Counted from the stretch's first letter, positions 1-10,224 are shown. The stretch is DNA of 64,000 bases from Mycoplasmatota bacterium (GCA_022771205.1 JALFCF010000001.1:130663-194662), one strand, 5' to 3'. Program-made: numbers and translations. The notes: generated from the letters alone by a model not told the origin.

Positions 1-3000
1 GAATGGTATAATGGCTCTCAAAAACTAAATCGAAATATGAATTTTATTTTTTCTACATATCAATCAATTGATGTAGTATCTAATTTTCAAAAAGAAACTG
101 GTTTAGAATTTGATTTGATTATTTGTGATGAAGCACATAGGACAACAGGAGTCACATTAAGTGATGAAGATGAGAGTTCCTTTGTTAAAGTACATGATAA
201 TAATTTTATTAAAGGCAAAAAAAGATTATATATGACTGCTACACCTAAAATTTATGGTGATGGTGCAAAAGGAAGAGCAAATGAAGTAAATGCAGAATTA
301 TGTTCTATGGATGATGAAAGTATATATGGACCAGAATTTCATAAATTATCTTTTAGTGAAGCAGTTAAACAAGGATTATTGACAGATTACAAAGTATTAG
401 TATTAGCAGTAGATGAAGAATATGTAAAAATAGAATTACAAGATTTATTAAAAGATGAAAATCATGAATTAAAATTAGATGATTCTGTAAAAATAATGGG
501 ATGCTGGAATGGATTATCTAAAATATCCACTTGGGATGAAAAACAAGACTTTTTATCTGATCCTACACCTATGAAACGTGCGGTTGCATTTTGTAACAGA
601 ATAATTGATTCGAAAAAACTAGTAGAAATGTTCGATTTAATTCAGAAACATGTTCAAAGTGAATATAATCCTAATAATAAATTAGTTAAAGTAGATATTA
701 AACATGTAGATGGATCTTTTAATGCCTTAGAAAAAAAAGAAAGAATAAATTGGTTAAAAGATGATATAAAAGATGGTGAATGTAGAATTCTTACTAATGC
801 AAGATGTTTATCTGAGGGCGTAGATGTTCCTGCATTAGACGCAGTAATGTTTCTTAATCCAAGAAGTAGTATGATAGATATTATTCAATCAGTTGGAAGA
901 GTAATGAGAAAATCTGAGGGGAAAAAATATGGATATGTAATATTGCCAATTGGAGTTTCAGCCTCAGAAGATCCAGATGAAGCATTAAATAATAATGAAA
1001 AATACAAGCTTGTTTGGGAAGTTTTACAAGCTTTACGAGCACACGATGATCGTTTTAACAATACAATTAATAAGATAGATTTAAATAAGAAAAAGCCAGA
1101 TCAAATAGAAGTTATAGGTATAGGATTATCAAAATCGGAAGACAAAGATAATGGCACTAAAATAGTTAAAATGCCGGATGATATAAAGAAAAAAATTCAA
1201 TTAACGCTTGATTTAAAAACATTTGATGAATGGAAAGATTCAATTTATGCCAAGATGGTAAAAAGAGTTGGATCTAGAATATATTGGGAAATGTGGGCTA
1301 AAGATGTGGCAGATATTGCAACATCCCATATGAAAAAAATTAAAGAGCTTTTGAATACTAATGATCCTAATATAAAGAAGGCAATTACAGAATTTATAGA
1401 TGGATTACGCCAAAATTTAAATAATTCAATTACTGAAGATGATGCAATTGAAATGTTGTCTGAGCATATGATTACTAAACCGGTCTTTAACGCATTATTT
1501 GATAAATATGAATTTGTCAATAATAATCCAGTTTCTCAAACAATGCAAAAAATGATAGATATTTTAGATAAACAATTTACAGAAGAAGAACGAAAAAGAT
1601 TAAATGAATTTTATGAAAGTATAAAAGAAAGAGCACAAGGAATTGATAACGCTGCAGGTAAACAAAAAATAATTCTTGAATTATATGAGAAATTTTTTAA
1701 AACAGCATTACCAAAAGAAGTGGAAAAATTAGGAATTGTATATACTCCTACCGAATGCGTAGATTTTATAATTAATAGTGTTGAATATTTGATGAAAAAA
1801 GAATTCGGTAAAAGTTTATCAGATCATGGTGTACATATAATAGATGGTTTTACCGGCACAGGAACATTTATAGTAAGACTATTACAAAGTGGAATTATTA
1901 AGCCGCAGGATTTGTTATATAAATATACCAATGATATACATGCAAACGAAATAGTATTACTAGCATATTACATTGCAGCTATTAATATTGAAGAAACATT
2001 TCATGAATTAAATAAAAGTGAAGAATATATTCCATTTGACGGTATTGTATTAACTGATACTTTCCAACTATATGAAGATAGCAATGAACACGAATGGACA
2101 AAAAATGTAAACGAGTTGGCTTTACCTCAAAATAGTGAAAGAGCATTAAAGCAAAGAGAATTACCTATAACTGTTTGCATTGGGAATCCACCATATAATA
2201 ATAAACAAAAAGATGCTAACGGGCAATCACAAAAATTACATTATCCTAATTTAGAGCAAAGAATTGCTGATACATATATGGTAGGAACAAATTCACAAAA
2301 TAAAAACTCACTATATGATTCTTATATTAAAGCTTTTAGATGGGCTTCAGATAGATTAAATAAATCAAATGGAATAATTGCATTTATTACCAATAATAGT
2401 TGGTTGGATGGTAATGCATTTACAGGATTTAGGAAATCAATTCATGAAGAATTTAGTTCCATATATGTTGTAAATCTTAGAGGATCAATAAGAGGAAGAT
2501 CAAAAGATGATGCTGAAAAAGAAGGCCAAAACATTTTTAATATTATGACAGGGGTGGCAGTTTGTTTTCTAGTAAAAAATTCCTTATCAAAAGAAAATAA
2601 TATATATTATTATACCATGGAAGATTACTTGACAAAGAGTCAAAAACTTGAGCGATTGAACAACAATTGTATTGCAAATATTGTATTTAAGGAAATAATA
2701 CCAGATGAATATAATGATTGGATAAATAGAAGAAATATTAACTTTAATAAATTTACTTTAATTGGAGATAAGAATAATAAATCAAAAAATACGGTATTCA
2801 TGAGTGTATATTCGAATGGTTTAAAAACTCAACGTGACTGTTGGTGTTATAATAGTAACATAAAAAAATTGAAATTAAATATTGAAAAAACAATATGTTA
2901 TTATAATAATCAAATAGATTACAATAAAAATTCTAATGATACTTCAATAATTGACACAAAAAAATTCAGTTGGACTAGTAATACTTTTAGAGATTTAGAC

Positions 3001-3939
3001 AAAAAAGAAAAGTACAATATAAATGATGTTGAATATCGCGATGTTCTTTACAGACCATTTTTTAAGCAACATGTAGCATTTTATAGGCCATTAAATGAAA
3101 GACAATATAAAATTCCTATATTATTTCCTGAAAAAGATAGTAAGAATATGTTGATTTGTATTCACGGAATAAGCAGTAAGAAAAAATTCTCTGCACTAAT
3201 TACAAATATTATACCTGATTTAAATTTAATGGATGGGGGAGCTCAATCATTTCCAATATACTATTATGAAAAAGATAGCGCAACTTTATTTTCACAAATT
3301 GGAAATGGTTATATAACACGTAATGCTATCACTAAATCATTCGTAAATAAAGTAAATAAAATATACAATAAAAACATAGATGAAAAAGATATTTTCTATT
3401 TTATATATGGATTATTTCATTCAAAAGAATATATTAATAAGTTTGATATAAACTTAAAAAAGACATTACCACGCATACCAATAGTAGAAACATTTGAAAA
3501 ATTCTTAGCATTTAGTGAAGCTGGAAAAAAATTAGCTAATTTACACTTAAATTACGAGCAAGTTAAACCATATTCTAAATGCAAGATATTTATGTATCCA
3601 GAAGCTGATTATAATGTAACGAAAATGAAATTTGGAAAAAGCAAAAATAATAGTAAGGATAAAACAATTATTGAGTATAATGATAAAATAACAATTTCTA
3701 ATATTCCTGAAAAGGCATATGAATATGTAGTTAATGGAAAATCCGCTATTGAATGGATTATGGAAAGATATGCAATTACTGTTGATAAAAAAAGTGGAAT
3801 AGTTAACGATCCAAATGATTGGTGCAAAGAAGTCAATGATGAAAAATATATTTTTAATTTATTATTAAGAATTATTAATGTTTCTATTCAAACGGTAGAT
3901 ATTGTTAATTCATTACCTAGGTTAGACTTTGAAGATTAA
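1..3939 (+). CDS. Type ISP restriction-modification enzyme (SF2 DEAH helicase + gamma-class N6-adenine methyltransferase + C-terminal specificity domain), 5'-partial; the frame is open from window base 1
   Basis: Helicase motif II 'LIICDEAHRTTG' near the N-terminus. Methyltransferase motif I 'DGFTGTGTF' and motif IV 'CIGNPPYNN' follow. Then ~450 aa of variable C-terminal region. This is the LlaGI-like single-polypeptide architecture. The helicase Walker A lies upstream of the window. Confidence 0.65.
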   Translation, partial: EWYNGSQKLNRNMNFIFSTYQSIDVVSNFQKETGLEFDLIICDEAHRTTGVTLSDEDESSFVKVHDNNFIKGKKRLYMTATPKIYGDGAKGRANEVNAELCSMDDESIYGPEFHKLSFSEAVKQGLLTDYKVLVLAVDEEYVKIELQDLLKDENHELKLDDSVKIMGCWNGLSKISTWDEKQDFLSDPTPMKRAVAFCNRIIDSKKLVEMFDLIQKHVQSEYNPNNKLVKVDIKHVDGSFNALEKKERINWLKDDIKDGECRILTNARCLSEGVDVPALDAVMFLNPRSSMIDIIQSVGRVMRKSEGKKYGYVILPIGVSASEDPDEALNNNEKYKLVWEVLQALRAHDDRFNNTINKIDLNKKKPDQIEVIGIGLSKSEDKDNGTKIVKMPDDIKKKIQLTLDLKTFDEWKDSIYAKMVKRVGSRIYWEMWAKDVADIATSHMKKIKELLNTNDPNIKKAITEFIDGLRQNLNNSITEDDAIEMLSEHMITKPVFNALFDKYEFVNNNPVSQTMQKMIDILDKQFTEEERKRLNEFYESIKERAQGIDNAAGKQKIILELYEKFFKTALPKEVEKLGIVYTPTECVDFIINSVEYLMKKEFGKSLSDHGVHIIDGFTGTGTFIVRLLQSGIIKPQDLLYKYTNDIHANEIVLLAYYIAAINIEETFHELNKSEEYIPFDGIVLTDTFQLYEDSNEHEWTKNVNELALPQNSERALKQRELPITVCIGNPPYNNKQKDANGQSQKLHYPNLEQRIADTYMVGTNSQNKNSLYDSYIKAFRWASDRLNKSNGIIAFITNNSWLDGNAFTGFRKSIHEEFSSIYVVNLRGSIRGRSKDDAEKEGQNIFNIMTGVAVCFLVKNSLSKENNIYYYTMEDYLTKSQKLERLNNNCIANIVFKEIIPDEYNDWINRRNINFNKFTLIGDKNNKSKNTVFMSVYSNGLKTQRDCWCYNSNIKKLKLNIEKTICYYNNQIDYNKNSNDTSIIDTKKFSWTSNTFRDLDKKEKYNINDVEYRDVLYRPFFKQHVAFYRPLNERQYKIPILFPEKDSKNMLICIHGISSKKKFSALITNIIPDLNLMDGGAQSFPIYYYEKDSATLFSQIGNGYITRNAITKSFVNKVNKIYNKNIDEKDIFYFIYGLFHSKEYINKFDINLKKTLPRIPIVETFEKFLAFSEAGKKLANLHLNYEQVKPYSKCKIFMYPEADYNVTKMKFGKSKNNSKDKTIIEYNDKITISNIPEKAYEYVVNGKSAIEWIMERYAITVDKKSGIVNDPNDWCKEVNDEKYIFNLLLRIINVSIQTVDIVNSLPRLDFED

Positions 3940-4134
3940 TTATATAAATATTTAAATAAAGATGGAGAGAGAAATCTTCATCTTTTTTGCATTTATCATG
4001 ATTAAAAATTAAAAATTTATTTTACATAAAATAATCATATGAAAAAGTACAATTATTTTATTAAAAGAAAATAAACAATAGTTAATAATATAGAAATATT
4101 TAATGTTATAATATGTTTTATAAGAGGTGACTTT

Positions 4135-5658
4135 ATGGAAACAAATTCAACAAATAAACTTATAACAATTGCTGAAAAAAAAGGAATTAAATTTTTAAGA
4201 GGTGATAAGGCTTTATTTAAAAAATACAGTTATGTTCAAGTTATAAATGCTTATAAAAATCTTTTCGCCTATGATGAAGATACGATAGATGAAATAAAAG
4301 AAAATATTGATAATGGTATCGTTTCTAAAATTAATTTTTATAGAAAATCATTTCAAATTAGGGATGAAATTACTGACGATGTTTTGTATGAGAATATTTG
4401 TAATAAAATATGTAAAAAATATGGTTTAGAAGGAAAATCTCTAAATGAAAAAGAAGCGCAAATAAAAATAATCAAATATCACCATCATATCTATAATTCT
4501 AAAACATTGTATACAGATTTTGTACGAATGTATAAATTTGAACATGAATTAAGAATGATGCTTTTAAAATATACATTAATAATTGAAGAGAGCATAAAAA
4601 ATATATTTATTTCATATCTCAATGACAAAAATGCTGAACCAAATTATCTAGTAAATATGGATAATTATAATACTACACCATTAAAATCAAAGTCATTTGA
4701 TACAATAAAATTAATTATTGATAAATATGATAATCAAAAATCAAAACCGATTAAAAGAAAACGTGATCAACACCTGACGGTTCCTTATTGGGTTATTATT
4801 AATGAATTAGCCATGAATCAAACATACTATGCAATAGCTAATTTGAATACCGAAGATTCATATAAAATTTTTTTGAGGTGTTTAAATTTTTTTACAAAAC
4901 TTAACTTTTCTGATGAAAATAGAGGTAAATCTGTAAGTCAAATAAATTATGAAAAGAAAATGGTAAATAATTTTAAAACATTATTGTGTTATCTCGGAGA
5001 ATTCCGAAATATGTTAGCACACAATCAACCAATATATTGTTATAATATTGCAAGTTATAATATTAACGCAACTCCTAAATTTGAATATGAGTTACCAAAA
5101 GCAAAACCAAACTACAGAGATAGAAATGGAAATATTGTGTCAGCACAACAACAGCAAGTTAATTTAATGGGCTCTTTAATGAATAGTTTTAAAGAATATT
5201 TTGGTAATGATAGTTTTAACGCAAATAATTCTACAAAGTTGGATCTTTCAAAAATTATATATATTTTATATAAAATTTTAAAATATATTGATCATAACAC
5301 CAATTTTTACAAAGAATTAATAACAATATATTCTAAATATAATATTATATTAAATAATACTTCAATCGAGGTGCAAAATGCAGATAAAATAGTACTATTA
5401 AAAAATGCTATAGAAGATTTAAATAAATATAAATTTGAATCTATAGAATTTATTACAAGAATAAAGGGAGGAAAATCATACAAAAAAGATTTAAAATCAA
5501 AAGAAAAAGAATTAAATGAGATAATTAAAAATATTAATACAATATCAAAGAATATTAGAATAACTGAAATCAAATCAAAATATAAAAATTTTCCAGTAAG
5601 TAGGAGGTATAGTGAGTTTACGGGAATTGATTTAAGATTTTTTAATAGTATAAAATAG
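4135..5658 (+). CDS. Abi_2/AbiD-AbiF-like abortive infection protein (HEPN superfamily)
   Basis: RBS 'agaggtga' + ATG. Motif 'LGEFRNMLAHNQP' fits the Rx4-6H HEPN / 'FRNxxAH' signature of the Abi_2 family. At 507 aa it is longer than typical AbiD. Confidence 0.5.
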   Translation: METNSTNKLITIAEKKGIKFLRGDKALFKKYSYVQVINAYKNLFAYDEDTIDEIKENIDNGIVSKINFYRKSFQIRDEITDDVLYENICNKICKKYGLEGKSLNEKEAQIKIIKYHHHIYNSKTLYTDFVRMYKFEHELRMMLLKYTLIIEESIKNIFISYLNDKNAEPNYLVNMDNYNTTPLKSKSFDTIKLIIDKYDNQKSKPIKRKRDQHLTVPYWVIINELAMNQTYYAIANLNTEDSYKIFLRCLNFFTKLNFSDENRGKSVSQINYEKKMVNNFKTLLCYLGEFRNMLAHNQPIYCYNIASYNINATPKFEYELPKAKPNYRDRNGNIVSAQQQQVNLMGSLMNSFKEYFGNDSFNANNSTKLDLSKIIYILYKILKYIDHNTNFYKELITIYSKYNIILNNTSIEVQNADKIVLLKNAIEDLNKYKFESIEFITRIKGGKSYKKDLKSKEKELNEIIKNINTISKNIRITEIKSKYKNFPVSRRYSEFTGIDLRFFNSIK

Positions 5659-5767
5659 TTATATGTATAATAGTATTAAAATTGCATATAAATATAGTGT
5701 TACATATTTACAAAAATACCCAAATGTGGTATTATTAATATGTAATTAAATTCCGTTTTAACGGGGG

Positions 5768-5793
5768 AAAAAGGAACTGAGGTTCCTTTTTTC
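5768..5793 (+). terminator. Rho-independent terminator (aaaaaggaac-tgag-gttccttttt + T-run); a second hairpin lies at 5809-5831 (gatagttaa/ttaactatc)
   Basis: Perfect 10-bp inverted repeat followed by a T-tract, seen directly in the sequence. Confidence 0.55.
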
Positions 5794-5889
5794 TTGTAAC
5801 AAAAAAATGATAGTTAAGGGATTAACTATCATCTTAATTATCAATAATTATGGAGTTTATTAATATTTATTTGATTTGATAAAATATCA

Positions 5890-6570
5890 TTATATTTTAT
5901 TAATCTTGGAATATATTTTATTATTTTCTAATGAAATATTATCTATAGACCATTTTTCTAACTGTTTTTTTGTGAAAACCATATGAGTAATAGTATCAAT
6001 GGTTTGCATAAATTTTTTACAGGATTCTACAATTAAATTTAATTCATTCTCCATTTCTAATGCATAAATCATATCAGCTTGTCCACTTTTTGTTTTTTTA
6101 ATTCTTAATTGACAAAAATTTACTGAGAATTTTAATGTTGTATGATTAATATTTTGCCAAGAATTACGAAGTGTATTTTTCAAAAGTGACATTTCTTCAT
6201 TTTTCTTTTTTAAAAAATAATAATCAGGATCATATGATTCAATTACATTTAGATTCAAATTCATGTCGTTGACACATTGAAAATAAAATTTGTCAAATAA
6301 GGAATCATTGCTAAATTTTATATTTTCAATACTATTAATTAAAATGGATGCTTGAGATTTTGCCCAAAATAATGAAGAGTATAATTTATAAGCATTTTCA
6401 TTTTTTAAAGAGAAATAATTTGGCAATTCTAATAAAAAAGAAATTATGGAACTAGTAAATAAAGCCAGCGTTATTTCATATATTTTTCCTTTATCTAATA
6501 TAAATAAAAATGGTAAAGATATTATTTCAATCATAAAGCTTATTATTAATATGTTTCTATGTGCTTTCAT
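5890..6570 (-). CDS. Hypothetical membrane protein (2 N-terminal TM helices)
   Basis: The ORF track gives 5890..6603. An internal ATG at 6570 is preceded by 'aaggagg' at 6-nt spacing and is the likelier start (MKAHRNILIISF...). No recognisable domain. Confidence 0.4.
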   Translation of the reverse strand: MKAHRNILIISFMIEIISLPFLFILDKGKIYEITLALFTSSIISFLLELPNYFSLKNENAYKLYSSLFWAKSQASILINSIENIKFSNDSLFDKFYFQCVNDMNLNLNVIESYDPDYYFLKKKNEEMSLLKNTLRNSWQNINHTTLKFSVNFCQLRIKKTKSGQADMIYALEMENELNLIVESCKKFMQTIDTITHMVFTKKQLEKWSIDNISLENNKIYSKINKI

Positions 6571-6660
6571 TGTTGCCTCCTTTTTTGTCATATATTCTAT
6601 CATATTTTTTATTAAATGTATAAAAGAATAGTAATAATTGAATAAATTTCATAAATTTTA

Positions 6661-6711
6661 GGTACCCAAAAGTTCACATAAAAAATTGGGTACTCAATTA
6701 GGTACCCAAAG
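6661..6711. repeat. att/arm-site-like short repeats: ggtacccaaa at 6661 and 6701 (direct) and ttgggtac at 6686 (inverted)
   Basis: Three copies of an 8-11-nt site within 50 bp, ~230 bp beyond the 3' end of the integrase gene. Confidence 0.35.
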
Positions 6712-6823
6712 TATTAAAAATAGTCATTATATAGTTAAAAGCGAATATTAAGAAAAGTCTTATTTTATAAGGATTTATATAATATTCATAAATTTGCGTG
6801 ATTGATTTTATTTGGCCCCTGAA

Positions 6824-6857
6824 GAGAGTGATGAAACAATATCACTCTCATTTTTTG
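6824..6857 (+). terminator. Orphan plus-strand Rho-independent terminator (gagagtgat ... atcactctc + T6)
   Basis: 9-bp stem + T-run. No plus-strand CDS ends here, so it may be the terminator of a gene 3' end displaced by element integration, or of an sRNA. Confidence 0.45.
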
Positions 6858-6936
6858 TTGTAATTACAGGGACTTTTGTGATTTTAATTATTTTAAAAAT
6901 GCTTTTACATTAACCACTAGGTAATGTAGAAGTTTT

Positions 6937-8043
6937 TTAACTTAAATTATCCATAGTTTTTACAATCTCATCCATCTTATTTTTAAATAGGTGAGAATAG
7001 GTATTTAGTGTTTCATCAATCTTTGCATGACCTAAATATTTAGCAACAATCATAATACTTGCACCATTATTAATTAAAACTGAAGCACAAGAGTGTCTAA
7101 AGTCATGAATTCTTATTTGCTTAACACCAGATTCTTGAATATATTTATTTTTCTGATGTCTTAATATATGAGCTGATAAAGGTTCTTTATCTCCAAATAC
7201 AAACCATTTTTGATTAAAGCCGTATTGTTTCTTATCTCTTAAATATAATTCGTGTAGATCTTTCATGACTCTTTCTGGAACTGGTAATGTTCTAACACTA
7301 GTTCTAGTTTTGGGAGTAGTAACATAACATTTACCTCCATCTCCCTCTTGAACGACATTTTTAACCACTGAGAGCTCTCTATTAAGGAAATCTATATTAT
7401 CTCAAGATAGACCTCTTAATTCGCCTCTACGAAGACCACAAAAGTATAATACTTCGAATAATGCTTTCCATTTAATATCATCTATTACTGATAAGAATTG
7501 TTTAAATTCTTCCCATGTATAGAATTGCATTTCTTTTGGTGGTTTGTTTGGATTACTAAACTTTTCCATTTTATTATAAATAGAAGTGAAGTTGAAATCA
7601 TGCCATTTAGTTCCATAGTTAAGAATAGTTTTTAATAATTTATAATATCCATTCTTAGTTTTATCAGCAAGATTTAATGCACCGATTCTTTTTCTCCAAG
7701 TAATATAGTGTTCTAACTTAATATCTTTAATCTTTAATTCATAGAATTCACTTAATTCTTTAATATTAACTCTATATGTTCTTAAAGTAGATGTTTTAAC
7801 TTTATCTTTCTTATATTCATAAAATTCTTCATATAGTTGTTTAAAAGTCATTCCAGTAACATTTATTTCTTTAGTTTCATATCCGACTAAGGAGTCTCTT
7901 TCAGCTTTCAAAGCTTCATTTCTAGTCATATAGCTTCTTGACATATATGGTTTGGTTCTCCCATAAACCTTTATTTTGTCATAAAAATACCATCTTCTAC
8001 CATCTTTGGTAGCTCTTTCTTTTGGTAACTGTAATACAGCCAT
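6937..8043 (-). pseudogene. int: Tyrosine recombinase/integrase (Tn916/phage-Int-like) interrupted by an in-frame TGA at 7402-7404
   Basis: The two ORFs 7402..8043 and 6937..7368 are in the same frame. Read-through gives ...GLRRGELRGLS*DNIDFLNRELSV...KTRTSVRTLPV...HDFRHSCAS...LGHAKIDETLNTYSHL. These are box I and box II with the R..HxxR..Y catalytic residues. The TGA sits exactly where the conserved Trp of 'LxW.DID' is expected. Confidence 0.7.
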
Positions 8044-8152
8044 TTTATTTATACCTCCTTGTTTTGCTATATCGAGTTACCTCTTATACAACTCTAATAT
8101 AGCATATTTTTGTGCATAAAAAAACTCTAGAAAAATCTAGAGTATTAAAATA

Positions 8153-8347
8153 TTATTTGTTCCATCCCAGTTTATATATTAAGTAGCCACTAACTAATGC
8201 TATTACTATCCCAATGATTATCTCAATTATTATTTTTAAAATTCTTTTATTATTTTTATTATCATTATTATTGTTATTGTTATTGTTTCCTATAATCGTA
8301 TTCTTGATTTTATTATTATTTCCAATATCAATTTTCATTATTATCAC
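8153..8347 (-). CDS. Small Asn-rich protein with C-terminal TM helix
   Basis: 64-aa ORF. The poly-Asn is encoded by an attgtt/aat simple-sequence tract (8265-8290). Low complexity. Confidence 0.3.
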   Translation of the reverse strand: MIIMKIDIGNNNKIKNTIIGNNNNNNNNDNKNNKRILKIIIEIIIGIVIALVSGYLIYKLGWNK

Positions 8348-9006
8348 CTATAATACTTTCTTTTATTGAATTATTGTCACCAATATGAGTTGATTTGTCA
8401 TAAATAATTGTTATTAAGGACTTAGTTACCTTTTCTTCTTTTATCTTATCCTTAAAATCAATATAATACTCATCTAAATTCCCGTATTGTTTTTCTAATT
8501 CCTTAAATATACTTAATAATTTAGATCTTATTGCACCAATAATATTTGTGTATGCATATAAAGATAAATCAGTGTAGGCATTTATTATTTCTCCGTTGAT
8601 GCATGATATTTCTTGGGCTAATAAAACATTCATAGCTAGCGAAAGATGATGACTGTCGTTTTCCTTTTCTGCAATTGCCATTTGTTCTAATTTAAAAACA
8701 CCATCTTTAATTTTAATATTTGAATAATCCTTTATATATTCTGGCTTTAATGGAAGAGGTTGATTTGTTCCTTGAATTCCATTAAAAGCACTTCCTATTA
8801 TATAAGAGCCCTTAAGATTAATGCTTACTATTCTATAATCTGGTATATCATCATCTTTATCATAACCATTAATCTCGTTTGATAACCAATTTTTAATTTT
8901 TTTATCTTTTATATTTTCCAATAATAAATCTAAAATTTCTAGTGCTTGTTCAACATTTATATTGCTATTAATTAAATCAATTATTACTTTGCTTCTTTTT
9001 TGCATT
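8328..9006 (-). CDS. Hypothetical protein
   Basis: Likely start is ATG 9006 (MQKRSK...), just after the stop of the upstream ORF and a 'ggtgg' RBS. No recognisable domain. Confidence 0.35.
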
Positions 9007-9018
9007 TTTACCACCAAC

Positions 9019-9390
9019 TTACTTGTTTTCATTGCCAATAGTGCTTTCATCAAATGTATTATTATTACCTATAGTTATCGAATTGTCTATATATATATTA
9101 TTATTTGCATTAGTATTTAAAGCATAATTACTTTTTTGTAGTGTTAATTTGTAAAAACTACATATATCACCATGACCATTATTAAATTTACTTTCAATTA
9201 TTGTATAGTTTTCTTCTGCACCATTTGGTAGCTTTCTAATTATTTTTTGACCTTCAATTATAGGGGTTGATATGTCAGTTATTGTAAATCCTGTTTTACC
9301 AAACAATCCTTTTAAATCTTTAATTTTTTTATTATTTTCATCACATAATTCAACTATTTCTGTTGGAAAATGTTCTAATATGTCTCTCAT
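9019..9390 (-). CDS. Hypothetical protein
   Basis: 123-aa ORF ending in IGNNN/IGNEN repeats. RBS 'ggaggag' lies upstream. Confidence 0.35.
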   Translation of the reverse strand: MRDILEHFPTEIVELCDENNKKIKDLKGLFGKTGFTITDISTPIIEGQKIIRKLPNGAEENYTIIESKFNNGHGDICSFYKLTLQKSNYALNTNANNNIYIDNSITIGNNNTFDESTIGNENK

Positions 9391-9443
9391 ATCTCCTCCT
9401 TCAAATATTTCATATATATTATATCATATTTATTAAGAATTGA

Positions 9444-9680
9444 TTATTTCGAGATACTTATTATTTTTTCTAATCTGTCAATGTCTATTTTTAAAACATC
9501 AACAACAGCTTGCATTGGTAAGTCATTTCCAGGAATAAAGTATTCTTCACTTATTAACTTATTCTTTATTTGCTTTTTAATATCTAATGCTTTATTCCTA
9601 CCACAGTGTAGTAGTTTCATTAAATCTGTTAAATTGCACCATTGTTTAGTTATTATTTTCATTATTTCTTCTGCACTCAT
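9444..9680 (-). CDS. Small DNA-binding protein, possibly excisionase-like
   Basis: 78 aa, sits with the int-proximal small genes. Only weak resemblance to Tn916 Xis-type proteins. Confidence 0.3.
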   Translation of the reverse strand: MSAEEIMKIITKQWCNLTDLMKLLHCGRNKALDIKKQIKNKLISEEYFIPGNDLPMQAVVDVLKIDIDRLEKIISISK

Positions 9681-9693
9681 AATTAAACCTCCC

Positions 9694-10110
9694 TTATTTA
9701 AAACTATCTATTATTGATTGCATTTCTGCTTGTTCTTCTGGTGAAGCTTCTTCGTTTGAGATCTTCTGTCCGTTCCAATATCCATCAACATAGAGTGGTG
9801 GCTCCTTTTTTATTTCAATTTCATTAATTTTTAAAACATGAATATAGTTTTGTCTATGACCATTTTTATCAATATATCCCTTTGGTATACCTTCGACATA
9901 AACATCTTTTCCAATTCTTAAATTAATTTTGTAAGAATATTCAATATACATTCTTGCACTAAAAAAGGATAGGTTGTTCCTATCCATTCCATTTTTATCT
10001 TTGTATATTTCTTTTTGACATATATCAAACCAGATATAGTCTTTATCAATTTTATCTCTAATACTAGTTATATATCCATGATATTTTATATAATCAACTA
10101 AATCTTTCAT
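9694..10110 (-). CDS. Hypothetical protein (possible OB-fold)
   Basis: 138 aa. No firm motif. Confidence 0.3.
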   Translation of the reverse strand: MKDLVDYIKYHGYITSIRDKIDKDYIWFDICQKEIYKDKNGMDRNNLSFFSARMYIEYSYKINLRIGKDVYVEGIPKGYIDKNGHRQNYIHVLKINEIEIKKEPPLYVDGYWNGQKISNEEASPEEQAEMQSIIDSFK

Positions 10111-10224
10111 ACCGAAACCTCCTTATACCTTTTACTAAGGCCATTGTATAACTATTATATTTATATATTATCTTTGTTTATTATGTTAGATTATTAATTC
10201 TATAATGATAGAATTATTATTCTC

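Noticed and set aside
1245-1520. Short antisense ORFs nested in larger genes (e.g. 1245-1520, 3609-3836, 5307-5573, 13596-13835, 15025-15285, 33223-33426, 35536-35727, 38448-38949, 47945-48307, 61768-62154)
   Set aside because: They lie entirely inside well-supported genes on the opposite strand, lack RBSs, and have the hydrophobic or low-complexity composition typical of AT-rich shadow frames.
1-3939. Alternative call of the first ORF as a Type III Res-Mod fusion or a BREX PglX
   Set aside because: The order is helicase (DEAH) first, then a gamma-class MTase (FxGxG ... NPPY), then a long C-terminal TRD-like region. That matches single-polypeptide Type ISP enzymes. PglX lacks a helicase, and Type III Mod precedes Res as separate genes.
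6937-8043. Alternative genetic code (UGA=Trp, code 4) suggested by two in-frame TGAs
   Set aside because: Long intact genes throughout the window (Type ISP enzyme, hsdR, mgtA) encode Trp with TGG and have no in-frame TGA. Spore-coat genes and a glmS ribozyme point to Clostridia, not Mollicutes. Nonsense mutation is the simpler explanation.
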